This document shows, one piece after another, positions 11,401 to 24,390 of a stretch of DNA of 64,000 nucleotides (position 1 is its first letter; each line of letters starts with the position of its first letter). A program made the position numbers and the translations under genes. Origin of the DNA: Antedon mediterranea (lineage: Eukaryota; Animalia; Echinodermata); assembly GCF_964355755.1 (NCBI RefSeq), contig NC_092676.1:315788-379787 (forward strand). The letters are read 5' to 3'. Under the pieces are notes generated by a model. That model did no database searches, had not been told where the DNA came from, and saw only the letters and a list, made by a program, of their open reading frames with translations.

Positions 11401-14400
11401 TTTAATAGTTCACTTTTAGTTTTTTACCAAATTTCTTTATTGTTATAAATAAATGTGGTGAAAATCAGTGAAATAAAATGGTATTACTTAAAAAGTTATT
11501 TATTTCAATATTTCTAATAATATACACTTTTATTATCAATAATTATCTATTTGACCGACTTCTTTATAATATATTCACCTTTTTAGACTGTTTTGTAATT
11601 TACTTTTAGCTTTAAAATTACCTTTAGAGAGTATAACTTAATCGCCTTTGTTATAGCAAAATGATTTCTTAAGGCCAAAATCATTAATCATTGCTTTCTA
11701 TGGAACACTAGTAAATTACATATTATACTTTAGTGTTATTATATGTTGCTGCTGATGAACAAAATTCAAGAATCAAAATGTATGATTCCATCTGTAAATA
11801 GGAACAAGTTAGATCATTGAGATATAAAATTAGATTTGCTCCATTGTTGTTAATTCATTGAGCGTATGCTACAGAAGACTTGTAACATTTTTACAGTTCG
11901 AAGACTGTTTGGAAATTGGAAACATGTTCGCAAACCTAATTATTGAATTGTTTGTGATGCAATGACTGGCCTGAGGGTCAAGTTTGGAATTGTGGTTATT
12001 CTTCTTAGAATATGTATTTTTGCATTTCTTTTTATTGCTAATAAAGAAATGAAAACGAAATGACTTATTAGAATCAATTTAGAAATGAGTGAGTTGGAGG
12101 AGCCATCTTAATCTACTGTGCTGCAGTATTAGTAGATTGACAGAATATCTTGTTTACTATAGCGTTAAAGTTCATTAACAGCTGAGTTCAGTAACATGTC
12201 AAGTTTTGTAATTAAATATTGATCTGCAATGCTCATTCAATTTAATCTAGTATCCAGGTTATTTAGTTATACTCAACTGACACCACGTTCTTTATGCCAC
12301 TTTAATGATGTAAAAACAGTGACAGCTACATACTTTATTATTCAAAGAAAAGAATCACTGTATCTAAAGCTCTGTTTACACTATGTATGTAGGCCTACTA
12401 TTCCCATATATGGACATGATGTCATATCACTACCATATTTAGGCATATCACTACCATATTTGGGCACATCACACTTTTTTGTGTTTGTTAGTTGATAGTG
12501 TACAGTGGCGGATCCAGGGGGGTGGCGCCCCTCCCCCCACCCCTATAAATCTGGGGGGAAAAATTATCCTACCATAAGGGAAAAAAAATAAAAAATCGGG
12601 AAAAGAAGCGTAAAAAAGAGTAAAACTTTCACTTTTGATTTAAATACATTGTTTCAGCCCCGTGCTAAATTACTTTTTATTAGAGGTCACCATTGCCGTT
12701 GCTGTAAATTTCTAAGAGTTGCGAAATGAATACCTATTTTCACCAGAAAAATAAACGCATTTTGGTCCCCGGATGTAACATGATATTGACGAGTGTATCG
12801 TACCCATACTCGGGCTCGAACGATTCGTACAAAGGACACCGTCTACCTATTGTTTCGATAGCTGGCAGTCAGCAAGCATAAATAAAAGTCTATATACGTC
12901 AAAAATGGAACGCCGTGGTTACCTACAGATCATCATCATAGAGGATTTGTTAATAATAATATCGTAGGCCTACTGTGGTAACTGTGTAGGCCCTACTGTA
13001 GTGTACATTATAGCAACCGATTTTTTTTCTAGGCCACCCACCCAACTGTATCAATACCTATTTATATATTTAATTTCTTCAACAAATTGATGTAAATAAA
13101 TATTGAGCCATAATAAGCATTAAATTTGCTTCCCCTAGATGGACGTTCGCATTGAACTTGAACGCAATCAAAACTAAATACTGAGTGAATGAAATCGGCA
13201 ACAAAAATGTTATATCGTCCTGTAATTAGCATTATTATGAGAGTGTCTTTTCCTGCAAATTAGAGGTGCCATTTATCATGAATTTTATGTGCGAGAGTAC
13301 CATTTCTTCCAGCCATTGGAGGGGCGTCAATTAACAAAGTTCTCTTCACCACCGCAGGTCCTGTCGACGGCCTTGGAAAAGCACCTTTTCCGCCATGTAC
13401 GTGCAAACGCTGACTTGCGCGAAACGCCCTGTTGTGACGCTTTACTCAAAATAGGCCTATAGGGAAAATGTCACTTTAATAGGCTAGTACCTCAGTTTTC
13501 ATATTTAAAATATCAATTTTTAATACATTTATTTAACGTGAGAGTGCCTTTTCCGACCATCTAGAGGTTTTACATTTTCAAAATCGCCTAAACTCAGCCC
13601 CAACCATGGTGGGGCTCAGGTGTGGATTCTCTACAGTTGCGCCCCCACTTTCACAAAATTCTGGATCCGCCCCTGGTGTAGACAGAACTTTACTTCCATT
13701 AAAGAGATGCCTTTAATATAATCAAGTTGATTGGGAAGGAATGGATAAATGGAATGAATGAATAAGATGAATGTATGGATGGGATGAATGTTTTTAATAC
13801 TTCATTTGTAGCCTACAGTTTCACTCATTAATTAAATTACAATAGTATTTACACAATCTTTGCACTGAAATCAATAAAATAAAATAAGAAAATGAAACTG
13901 TCTAATGTGCCAAAACCCTTAGTACACAATTCTGGATTTGCTTCTGAAATGGCGTAAATTTAGCATGAGTTACAAAACAAAACAATTGCACAGACACGCA
14001 CAGTATTATACCAGCGAATAATGGTGAAATATGGTTGACAATCCAATAGCCCTACTGTTATCGTAAATAGAATTCCTACCAGCAAAAACATTTGATCTAC
14101 AGTAGCATGTCTGAATACGTTTTATTATACATGCATTGTTGCCAACAGTGTTACTAATGAAACAATAAATTTATAATATGTTTACTATCAAAGTCAATAA
14201 AATATACTGCCTAAATGTGGCCATTCTCATTGGACCTGCTGTAAATTATATTTTGTGTTGTTAAAATACACTACAGCAGTTTGTTTACAATCTCAATTTA
14301 TTTATGTTGTTCTACAGTATCTTACAAATTCTTGTTATTATTGTTTATAACCAGGGATGTATACATATTACCATACCTATCTGATATAAACCTCATTCAT

Positions 14401-17400
14401 GGTACTTTATATATATTATTGTATTATTAACTGGTGGTTTGCAGGCTCTTCTTAAAAGTTCATATCTAAATTGAATGATACCAATGTACCTAATCAGTTG
14501 ACTATACTAAATTATAGTTTGGTTTCTTCAAGTTGGTAATTTATAGTAAACAAATAATAAAAACTTAGATTTATTGTCTGACAGTTTAATCCTACTTTTT
14601 GTTTTGTATTTTCATATGTGAATCTTGGTTTTCGTAAGTGACTTTTTTTTTTATTAGGCATCTATTGAAGTATTCCGTAAGCATGATGCTAAGAACTTAC
14701 CAAGTCTTGGTGATCCATCGGTAGACTGGGAAGAAACGGTTTACCTCAATTTAATTCTACATCAGGTGAATTTCGGTCAATCAATATAGAGAACTCTGTG
14801 ACCTTTTTAAGTAGAATTTTAGATAGTATAAATAAAATTAAAATTGTCCCTGTTAGTGAATAAAGTGTAACATGCTTTAAAGTGTAACATGCTTTGTGGT
14901 TTTTTTTAATAATGTAGTTAAGAACCTTCCCAGTATATTCCAATAATGTAGTTTAGAACCTTCCCAGTATATTCCAATCATGTAGTTTAGAACCTTCCCA
15001 GTATATTCCAATAATGTAGTTTAGAACCTTCCCAGTATATTCCAATAATGTAGTTTAGTACCTTCCCAGTATATTCCAATCATGTAGTTTAGAACCTTCC
15101 CAGTATATTCCAATAATGTAGTTTAGTACCTTCCCAGTATATTCCAATAATGTAGTTTAGAATCTTCCCAGTATATTCCAATCATGTAGTTTAGAACCTT
15201 CCCAGTATATTCCAATCATGTAGTTTAGAACCTTCCCAGTATATTCCAATCATTTTGATAGCAAAACATTCTTTCCTATAGCATAAATAATACTTAATAG
15301 TGCATTTTGAATTATCACATGCAAATATATTTTAACAGACTAAATTTTGAATGACAATGTAAATATTGCTGAATAAATAAATTATGAAATCATTATGTGG
15401 CCAGTTGATTAAAACATGATTAATGCAAATAACAGTTATTACATAAAGGCCTGCTGTATAAATTATTACTTTTTAATCCAACAATTGCTATTTTAATACT
15501 TGCAGTTTGATTACATCTTAACTTGTGCTGTTTGTACCAAAAACGACGGTAAACTTCAAGTTTTTCATAGTTCCAACAAACAAGTCTTTGCCTCGCCGTC
15601 AAAACGCAGGATGGATCGCAAAGGCGTCGAGCCTCAAGTTTCGTATCCGAACATTTTTTTTCTAATTGATAATTATGATGAGGTAAGTTATAACAGTTTG
15701 CGTTTTATCACATTAAGGATGTAGTGTCCCCAAAAACAAGAAAAATGAAGAAATAAAATCAGACTTTAAATAGGCCATTTTGCAGTTTTAATAGTTATTC
15801 ACTTCTTTAAAAAAAAAAAGAATGTTAAATTTTAACCAAAAACCAATGTCTGACAGACAATTTAAGTATTTTTTGCTTTAAATTACATTTTTTCAGGTAC
15901 ATAATTTTTTTTTAGATCCAGTTTTTGGTCAAAGTGAATAACTATTATGTGACATTAAAATGACATATTCAAAACATTTTTTTTAGAGGGACAATATATC
16001 TTTAAATATAAAAACTGAATTAATCCATATTGATTCAGATTTTATTTCCTAAGGCACAATGCTTCTTACTGCTTTATCTTTCTAATTTATATAATCCTGT
16101 AAAAGTACAGCCATCCATTCCATTATTAGAATTAACCTGATGTTTATATTTACCTCTTTCATGAAACAGTCACGGCAATAAAACATTAACATTTAATTTT
16201 TAGTCATTTTATTTATTTATCTCAAATATTTTTAGAACCATTTCACAATTGTTCATACATCCCTCAACATTTAAGTTTCATCTTAAATTGGTTTTCACAA
16301 CTTTGTGAAATGTCTTTCAGTTCGTGAAAACTAGATTACAAATTGCTTTTCTGCCATTTCACACTCTGTGAAGATTTAATACACCAGAGTACAGTAGTAT
16401 CAAGTAATAACTTCAATACGATTTTACAGAAAAACTAAAATTAAATTAAAATGTTCTCATAAAAGTTTGATAAAATGTTAAATTTTAAACAAAATTATTG
16501 AATTATGTAGGTAATAGTTCTTAAATCTGACAGTAGCATATAACAAACTTAAATTCTCTACATATTCATGGTGTATAAATACCATAAGGCCTACATGGTG
16601 TATAAATACCATAAGGCCTACATGGTGTATAAATACCATAAGGCCTACATGGTGTATAAATACCATAAGGCCTACATGGTGTATAAATACCATAAGGCCT
16701 ACATGGTGTATAAATACCATAAGGCCTACATGGTGTATAAATACCATAAGGCCTACATGGTGTATAAATACCATAAGGCCTACATGGTGTATAAATACCA
16801 TAAGGCCTACATGGTGTATAAATACCATTTGTATAGATTAAATATTTTAGTATAAAGGAAACTTTTCTATTAAAAATGGTTCAAGAAATCATAAAAGTAG
16901 GTACTTAAAAAAGCAATGTTTTGAAATTCCTTTTACATAGTACTTTAAAAACTAAATTATTACGTTTACTTGAATTTACTAGTGGTTGCATCTTACGGGA
17001 CTCATTACATTTTGAAATGTAAAGGTTTTTGAATTTCGATGACAACTGTTAAGCATGTGCTTATGTCTGGATAATTGGTTTGTTTGGCTATTTAGATATG
17101 AGTTGATATCTTGAGATGAGATCGATAACACATCAAGATGTATCGTCAACATCCCAAAACCAATTACAACATTGAATTCAGAACGTAAACATATCAAATT
17201 GCATATCTGTATTTTTATAGCGTTGTTAAAGTCACCAACCAGAAAACCAATTATAATATACAGTTGTACCATAAAATTGCAGTAATGTTGTTAAGCAAGC
17301 AGAATTTGGGTCAAGTTTGGGGAATAAAATGTTGTGGGTTGCCTAAGTACCGGATTTTATATAATAATATTTGATAAGCTGAAGCTGTGTTGCTGGAACT

Positions 17401-20400
17401 CTCATCATTTATTTTACTATCGTGTAATTTGTTTAATTATTTTTCCACAACTAACTGTGCTTTGTAATCTTGTTGTTATAAGAGGATTTGTAGTTTGCAA
17501 ATTAAATTTCTTCCTCCGTTGATAAATCCTTGTGCAATTAAATTTGCAGTGTAAATTTGTATTCTGGTGTAATAAGACTAAATCTATTGCAGTGCAATAT
17601 TGGAACGGTCAATTCGGTCATTGTTTATCGGTCATTGGCTCAATATATCATGGTCATTGAATTTCCATACTATTGTTCATACTAATGTCAATACATTGTA
17701 TTTTCTTAACAAAATTTACTAATGTTAATTTTTTGACAGGTGTTTAGTGGAATGAAGGTACAAGCCACTCAGATGGTTTGTGTAGAATTAGTTGCCAACG
17801 AACGTCACGGATCCTTTCGTAGTGTTGTCTTCCTTGGTTGTGTTAGATATGAAGCACTCAAACGCGTCTATGAGAATCGGGTAAGTATAGTTTTAAAAGT
17901 AAAAATTTTTCTTTAAACCAAATTGGCTATAATCGTCTGAAAGTTCGCAGTGATCTAATGGCAACACTGCCCTCACACTTAATTATTAACACGGCTCTGA
18001 AACTGGTATCTGAGTAGATGAATCCGAGTTTTAATCTCAATTTGGTGAACTTTAACATGGTTACTGTACTACAGTTACTGTCTACTGTAGACAAACTTTA
18101 TGTGACAAAAATATGTGATGTGCCCATATATGGACAAAATGATGTCATATCACTACCATGTATTTGGGCATGCCATAATTGATAATACTTTTTCTGTCAA
18201 ACTAGTTTGATATTGTAGACATAGCTTAACAGACAACTTTGTTGTTTGTACTAATCAACATGGCTGAAGATGTCTCCATGACGGTTCCAGTTCATTTCTA
18301 TTATAGGAAAGTTGTTAAAAACTGTAATGACATTAGGAAATCCATCACCCCCAGGTGGTCGTGATTCATGTGCAATGTCTTTATTAAATTCTTTATTGAT
18401 TCTGCCTCTGGTACAACGTTTCATATAAAAACTTATTGACTTAACATATCATATTCCTTTGGGAGTATCAGTAACTTAAGTTAAGACATCACTCTTCTTA
18501 TACATGTATCATACTTAAGTTAAGACATCACAGTAATTCATGTACCAGACTTTATCTCCAAATAAACTGCAATGTATTTAAAATAATAAAAATTAGAAAA
18601 ATTACATTAAATTTTGCATCGAGTCTTTCAAAAAGTTCATTGTAATCTTTAGTATAATCAATATTCTTTCTTGTCCTTATGTATGCAATGGCTTACAAAG
18701 TAAAATCATTTCATATTAAGCATGTACTTAATTATAAAGCAGGTGAAGTCTATTTCAATCATTATAATCAAGTAGCTACTTTCAATTTGCCTTTCAGCCT
18801 CACTTTCAATTTGCCTTTCAGCCTCACTTTCAATTTGCCTTTCAGTCTCACTTTTAATTTAACATCTATTCCTACTTACTATGGTTGTTACATTTTAATG
18901 TTTGCTAATGTTGTATTTTTTTTAATCCTTACATTAACATTAACAAAGAGCTTTACATTAAACCGATCATCATTTTATTTGTTTCTATGTTTTCTTCATT
19001 TTTAGGCAACAATGACGTCTAAAATGGTTGAGAAGGTTCCTATGAGATTCTTTCAAGGGGCGCATGGTAGAATTGAGTTTATTAGAATGAAGGGACCAGA
19101 GGGTAAAGGTCATGCAGAGATGGCGGTCAGTCGGTATAGAAGGAGGTTGTCCAAAGATGGTAGCTATGACGATTATAGTACAGGTAGCGAAGGCAGTGGA
19201 TGTAATAGTGTTACAAATTCTCCGGAGGTAATCATTTTTTGAGGTTTTTTCCATAAAAATGTAAATAAAAAACATTTAATTTTATTTATAAGATTAAAAG
19301 TAAAAACAGAGAAAAAAGTCCTTCTTTTATATTAAGTAATTAATTTACAAAATAAATTTTGTTTAAATACACATATGAAATTTAATATTTTAGAACTCTG
19401 AAACTTGAAAAATGTAGTATTATAATTTACTTAAATCTACAACTCAGCTACCAAACAGCCAAATTAGTTTTATTTTGCTGTATGCAAAATATTTAGTCGT
19501 AGCCTTTAAAATGTGATTTATGAAGGCTTGAATGCAGGAAAATGTCAAGTTTGTATCACAGTATTAATTTGTCAGGTTTAAGATAAGGTAATGAATAATG
19601 AATGCTACTGTCTGTACATAAATAAAACAATGCAGTTAATATCTGATGCGTTTTATCAACAATTCATAACATTTGCAAATCAATTTTTAATATATTCTTG
19701 CTTTTTTGCAACATTTTAAGTCCTTTTTTTTTTTAAATATAGAAGATCCGTTATTCAAGCTCTTGCAACTCGTCCCCCATTCCTCAACTAAGGAATGGTT
19801 TAAAGAAGTCCAGTTCAGATAGCGGCATGTTGTTTGAGCTCACTAGAGAATCCAACGATTTACCAGAACGACAACGAAAACTTTCAAGTAAGAATTTGAT
19901 TATTATTATATTTGAATTATATATCATCGGTATATATATATTAATCTAAAAGCAAATTACTGAAAAAATGACATTGAGTTATAAAAACAAATAATTATCA
20001 TAATGTCCATTGAATGGAAAGATTATTCTCCCATTCAACTGAAAACATTCATTATTTTTGCAGCAAATAACATTTATACCTTAAAATATATCAGCCTAAA
20101 ATGTTGCTTTTATTTAGTTTGTTTGTTCAAATTCAGATCCTAATGTAAAACTGACACGTCAGGGCTCAGACGCATTACAGTGGTTAAAACGAAGAACTTC
20201 CAAAGAACATATATTGAATGCTCATTTGACGTATGTCACCCTGCCTTGGCATCGCATCATAGCAGGTAAGACATCCAAAGAACATATTATATTGAATGCT
20301 CATTTGACGTACGTCACACTGCCTTGGCATCGCATCATAGCAGGTAAGACATCCAAAGAACATATATTGAATGCTCATTTGACGTACGTCACACTGCCTT

Positions 20401-21986
20401 GGCATCGCATCATAGCAGGTAAGACATTCAAAGAACATATATTGAATGCTCATTTAACATATGTCCCCCTGCCTTGGCATTGCATCATAGCAGGTAAGAC
20501 ATTCAAAGAACTTTATTTTGAATGCTCATTTAACATATGTCACACTACCTTGGCATTGCATCATAGCAGGTAAGACATTCAAAGAACTTTATATTGAATG
20601 CTCATTTAACATATGTCACACTGCCTTGGCATCGCATCATAGCAGGTAAGACATCCAAAGAACATATATTGAATGCTCATTTAACATATGTCACACTGCC
20701 TTGGCATCGCATCATAGCAGGTAAGACATCCAAAGAACATATATTGAATGCTCATTTGACGTACGTCACACTGCCTTGGCATCGCATCATAGCAGGTAAG
20801 ACATCCAAAGAACATATATTGAATGCTCATTTAACATATGTCACACTGCCTTGGCATCGCATCATAGCAGGTAAGACATCCAAAGAACATATATTGAATG
20901 CTCATTTAACATATGTCACACTGCCTTGGCATCGCATCATAGCAGGTAAGACATCCAAAGAACATATATTGAATGCTCATTTGACGTACGTCACACTGCC
21001 TTGGCATCGCATCATAGCAGGTAAGACATCCAAAGAACATATATTGAATGCTCATTTAACATATGTCACACTGCCTTGGCATCGCATCATAGCAGGTAAG
21101 ACATCCAAAGAACATATATTGAATGCTCATTTGACGTACGTCACACTGCCTTGGCATCGCATCATAGCAGGTAAGACATCCAAAGAACATATATTGAATG
21201 CTCATTTAACATATGTCACACTGCCTTGGCATCGCATCATAGCAGGTAAGACATCCAAAGAACATATATTGAATGCTCATTTGACGTACGTCACACTGCC
21301 TTGGCATCGCATCATAGCAGGTAAGACATCCAAAGAACATATATTGAATGCTCATTTGACGTACGTCACACTGCCTTGGCATCGCATCATAGCAGGTAAG
21401 ACATTCAAAGAACTTTATATTGAATGCTCATTTAACATAATATGTCACCCTGCCTTGGCATCGCATCATAGCAGGTAAGACATTCAAAGAAATTTATATT
21501 GAATGCTCATTTAACATATGTCACCCTGCCTTGGCATTGCATCATAGCAGGTAAGACATTCAAAGAACGTATATTGAATGCTCATTTGACTTACGTCACA
21601 CTGCCTTGGCATCGCATCATAGCAGGTAAGACATTCAAAGAACTTTATATTGAATGCTCATTATGTCACCCTGCCTTGGCATCGCATCATAGCAGGTAAG
21701 ACATCAAATGCTTGTTTTTAATCTTTTATTTGTACTCTCCCTGTTTGTTTTTGTTTATTTATTTGATCAGCATAATATCAATACAATTAATAACATACAA
21801 TACAACAAAGAAATAAAAAATTCTGGGCAGAGGAAGCTTAAGCAAACTATCACTGGGTATTACTAAAATGAGAAGCTACCTTCATCAGAACTATTTTACT
21901 TGGTTTTATGAGAAGCATTTCATAATACTCTTCCATTTTGGTTTTCAGATGTTTTAGAAGTTCGACATGAACCTGTTCTAAGCTGA
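8444..21986 (+). CDS. KIAA0930: KIAA0930 (C22orf9, DUF2045) homolog
   Basis: Exons 8444-8555, 9975-10114 (DDMLFFVR), 14658-14765 (LPSLGDPSVDWEETVYLNLIL), 15506-15682 (VFASPSKRRMDRKG..SYPNIFFLIDNYDE), 17740-17880 (MVCVELVA..VVFLGCVRYEALK), 19006-19227 (EFIRMKGPEGKGHAEMAVS), 19743-19887, 20137-20265 (LNAHLTYVTLPWHRII), 21949-21986 (DVLEVRHEPVLS*). Phases all consistent; motifs recognised from KIAA0930. Confidence 0.9.
8849..9927. mobile_element. Non-autonomous foldback/Mutator-like DNA transposon
   Basis: ~90-bp near-perfect TIRs (GGGTGTCACGAAAGCTCAGACC... / ...GGTCTGAGCTTTCGTGACACCC); 10-bp direct flank ATATTATAGG at 8839-8848 and 9928-9937; further internal inverted blocks (~9300-9410 vs ~9600-9725). 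Confidence 0.85.
12367..13691. mobile_element. MITE family A copy split by a nested insertion
   Basis: Left part 12367-12502 (AAGCTCTGTTTACACTAT...GTTGATAGTGTA); right terminus resumes at 13676 (GTGTAGACAGAACTTT). Confidence 0.7.
12503..13675. mobile_element. Non-autonomous DNA transposon, hAT-like TIRs with 5-bp TSD
   Basis: TIRs CAGTGGCGGATCCAG / CTGGATCCGCCCCTG; direct repeat GTGTA at 12498-12502 and 13676-13680; no transposase ORF. Confidence 0.8.
14908..15252. repeat. 34-bp intronic minisatellite, ~10 copies
   Basis: Unit AATGTAGTTTAGAACCTTCCCAGTATATTCCAAT. Confidence 0.9.
15717..16001. mobile_element. TTAA-flanked MITE (Kolobok-like), family B
   Basis: TTAA|GGATGTAGTGTCCC ... GGGACAATATATCT|TTAA; body is the reverse complement of 36467-36787. 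Confidence 0.7.
16567..16827. repeat. 27-bp intronic minisatellite, ~9.5 copies
   Basis: Unit CATGGTGTATAAATACCATAAGGCCTA. Confidence 0.95.
18079..18227. mobile_element. MITE family A copy (reverse orientation)
   Basis: AAACTTTATGTGACAAAA...GTCATATCACTACCAT...TGTCAAACTAGTTTGATATTGTAGAC is the reverse complement of the 1665 copy. Confidence 0.65.
18778..18855. repeat. 24-bp tandem repeat x3
   Basis: ACTTTCAATTTGCCTTTCAGCCTC units. Confidence 0.8.
20198..21705 (+). repeat. ~75-bp tandem array of KIAA0930 exon-8 3' end plus 5' splice site (20 donors)
   Basis: Unit CCAAAGAACATATATTGAATGCTCATTTRACRTAYGTCACACTGCCTTGGCATCGCATCATAGCAG|GTAAGACAT; the first copy is the real coding exon end. Confidence 0.95.
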
Positions 21987-22421
21987 GTATTACATGTCAA
22001 AGGTCAAAGTAAACATCAATAATTGGGTGATCAATAGGTGGAGATGTAATAACAAGATTGGTGATTTAGCAGACAGCAAGTTCTTTCTTCAGTAAACATT
22101 CCAACTTTGAATAAAGTTGTTTAATTGCCAAGCTAAGTCCTGTAGAACTCTACCCGGAGACTTCATAAAGTAATTACCAAATTTGGGCCACACAGTTCAC
22201 ATGTTCGAACAAATTGCTGTTTATTGATTATAAATAAATAAACGGTAATTAATATAAGTTAAAGTCAAACAAGTTTATATAAATGAATGAAGATAGGTGT
22301 ACCGACAGCTATACTCAAATAACCTATAACACAAGATTCTATACTAATAAACAGCTCTATTAACAGCAAATTATTAATATTCAGTGATATAGCCGCCAGA
22401 AATAAAGTGGTCTGGTTTTTG

Positions 22422-22523
22422 CAAGAAAAGGGAACAATCTCTGAAGCAAATAGGTTGTCAAAGGCCTTTTTGAAAATGTGGTCAGGTTGAAACCATACCA
22501 AATGTACTGGTGGCTACGGCCCT
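22422..22523. repeat. ~100-bp dispersed repeat (likely MITE remnant), second copy at ~23614-23713
   Basis: CAAGAAAAGGGAACAATCTCTGAAGCAA...GTGGTCAGGTTGAAACC...TGTACTGGTGGCTAC occurs twice 1.2 kb apart; ends in TGGCTACGGCCCTG, a TIR-like terminus. Confidence 0.6.
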
Positions 22524-24390
22524 GTTAACAGTGGATTTGTAGGAGAAGATATGTGAAGGTGTATTAGTTGAAGTTTTGTTAGTGTTTCATGTGGTCTAAA
22601 CAAATTAGATTTCATTTGAATAAACAATATTTTATTAGGAATAAAGTATGTATACAAAAAGAACATTATGTTGCTAATGGCTTGGTGGTTACATGATGAA
22701 TGTGACAAGGTAATATGCACATTTAAAATGTATGAGATGTCAGAAGAAATGTTTCACAGGTTACAACATGTTATAGAGCACAAAGTATTGAATGTGATTG
22801 AAATAAGATCGTTCTTATTTGAATATAAGAATTTTAAAGATTATACCACTATGTGGTTGCTTATATTATAAGTGGATTTATAAAATTTAAAATCTTTCAA
22901 ATATAATAGATTTATTCTGAAGTACTAGGTATTCTAGGAGAAATATTTTTCTAATTGTAAATTGATGTTCAAAGTATTTTGTAATTGGGTTGCATCTCTT
23001 TTTGTCTGCTTGAGAGTAAAGAATCTTTATATTTTATATATGTCCTATTACTACATAGTAAATGGTTAAGCTAGTGGTTTGTACTCATAAACTGTGTATT
23101 AAATATAGACAGGTTATCTTCACTATATAATTATTTTACTTTATTATGTTAAAAATATGGTTTGCTCCTTAAATTATTCTACTATTACAATAATAGTATC
23201 ATGGAGCAGAATTTTATCACATCACAACTCTAAAGGAACAACCAAAACCTAGATTTTATTATACATTTTTTATTCGGGAAGTACTGTGGTACAAGTTATT
23301 ACACATTAAGGGTATACATCATTGGTGGAGATAACCCAATCCAATGGGTATGAGCCCTCACTGGCTAAACCCAGGGGCCCCAGAGCTTAGATTTACGTAC
23401 ATTTGTTGTATTTACTATTATTTATAATGTTTTGACCAATACATACACCATCTCCATACATACACTGTATGCTATTCCAAGTATGAACGATGGTTTATAG
23501 CAGGGCGGATCTTCATGTAATTCCTCTCCCTCTTTTAAAAAAAACCAAAATGTAATTATTTACTACTTTTCGGTACCAGTATTTTTTACTATTAATATTC
23601 AATGATGTAGCCACAAGAAAAGGGAACAATCTCTGAAGCAACAGGGTTGTCAAAGGCATCTGTCAAAAAGTGGTCAGGTTGAAACCTTACCAACTGTACT
23701 GGTGGCTACAGCCTTGATATTATATAGCGTTCCCCTGTATGACAAATTCTGAATTTAAATGTTGTGATTATTGTATTATAAGCCACCTGTTTTCTTCCCT
23801 AGGCTATTGCTATAGTATACCTGTGGAAAGCTATCACTGCAGCTATGTATAACATTTGGATCTCTTTACCTTCTTTTAGCTACATTCGAATAGTCATTGT
23901 ATGTATCTGAAATATAAAATTTGATAATATACTGTAACTGGGATTTTATCAATTATCAATGTCTTCCATTCATTAAACATAAATAATGTTTAATTTTAGT
24001 GCTTTTCACGTTTTAAAAATTACTTTTATATCACAATTGTGCAATAATCAATTATGTTGTGTTAAATAAATGTAGAGAAAACTTTCTTTTAAAATAAATT
24101 AAAATTTATTTGGTAAATTTGGTGAATGAAAATTATTAAAAAAATATTGGTAACAAAATATTTGAAGTTTCTTTCTTACTATTGGTCCAAAGAAAAATAA
24201 CTTGGGGTACTGTACTTATTGTGGACTACATTGGTATTTGTGTGGCATTCAAATGAACCTGATAAAGAATTTGTCCTTTGTGGCGTGCCATGCCACGACA
24301 TTGCGTTCCATACCCGCCACTGTAAAATGGGTCAATTTATTGCACAACAACTCTCAATAATCAAAGATAAAAAAGTACTAAAAACCAAAT

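Noticed and set aside
16478-16855. ORFs on both strands over the 27-bp repeat (likewise 3599-3930 and 61017-61314)
   Set aside because: Minisatellite translation artefacts in intronic or 3' regions.
18259-18280. Third CATGG...CTCCATG footprint
   Set aside because: Only a 5-bp inverted match and no target-site duplication.
20594-21478. 294-aa repeat ORF as an independent gene
   Set aside because: It is the amplified exon end; it is out of frame with exon 8 and preceded by a stop at 20571-20573.
20198-21705. CRISPR-like array (also considered for 40375-48650 and 59436-59994)
   Set aside because: Units are contiguous near-identical repeats without unique spacers, there are no cas genes, and the context is a spliced eukaryotic gene.
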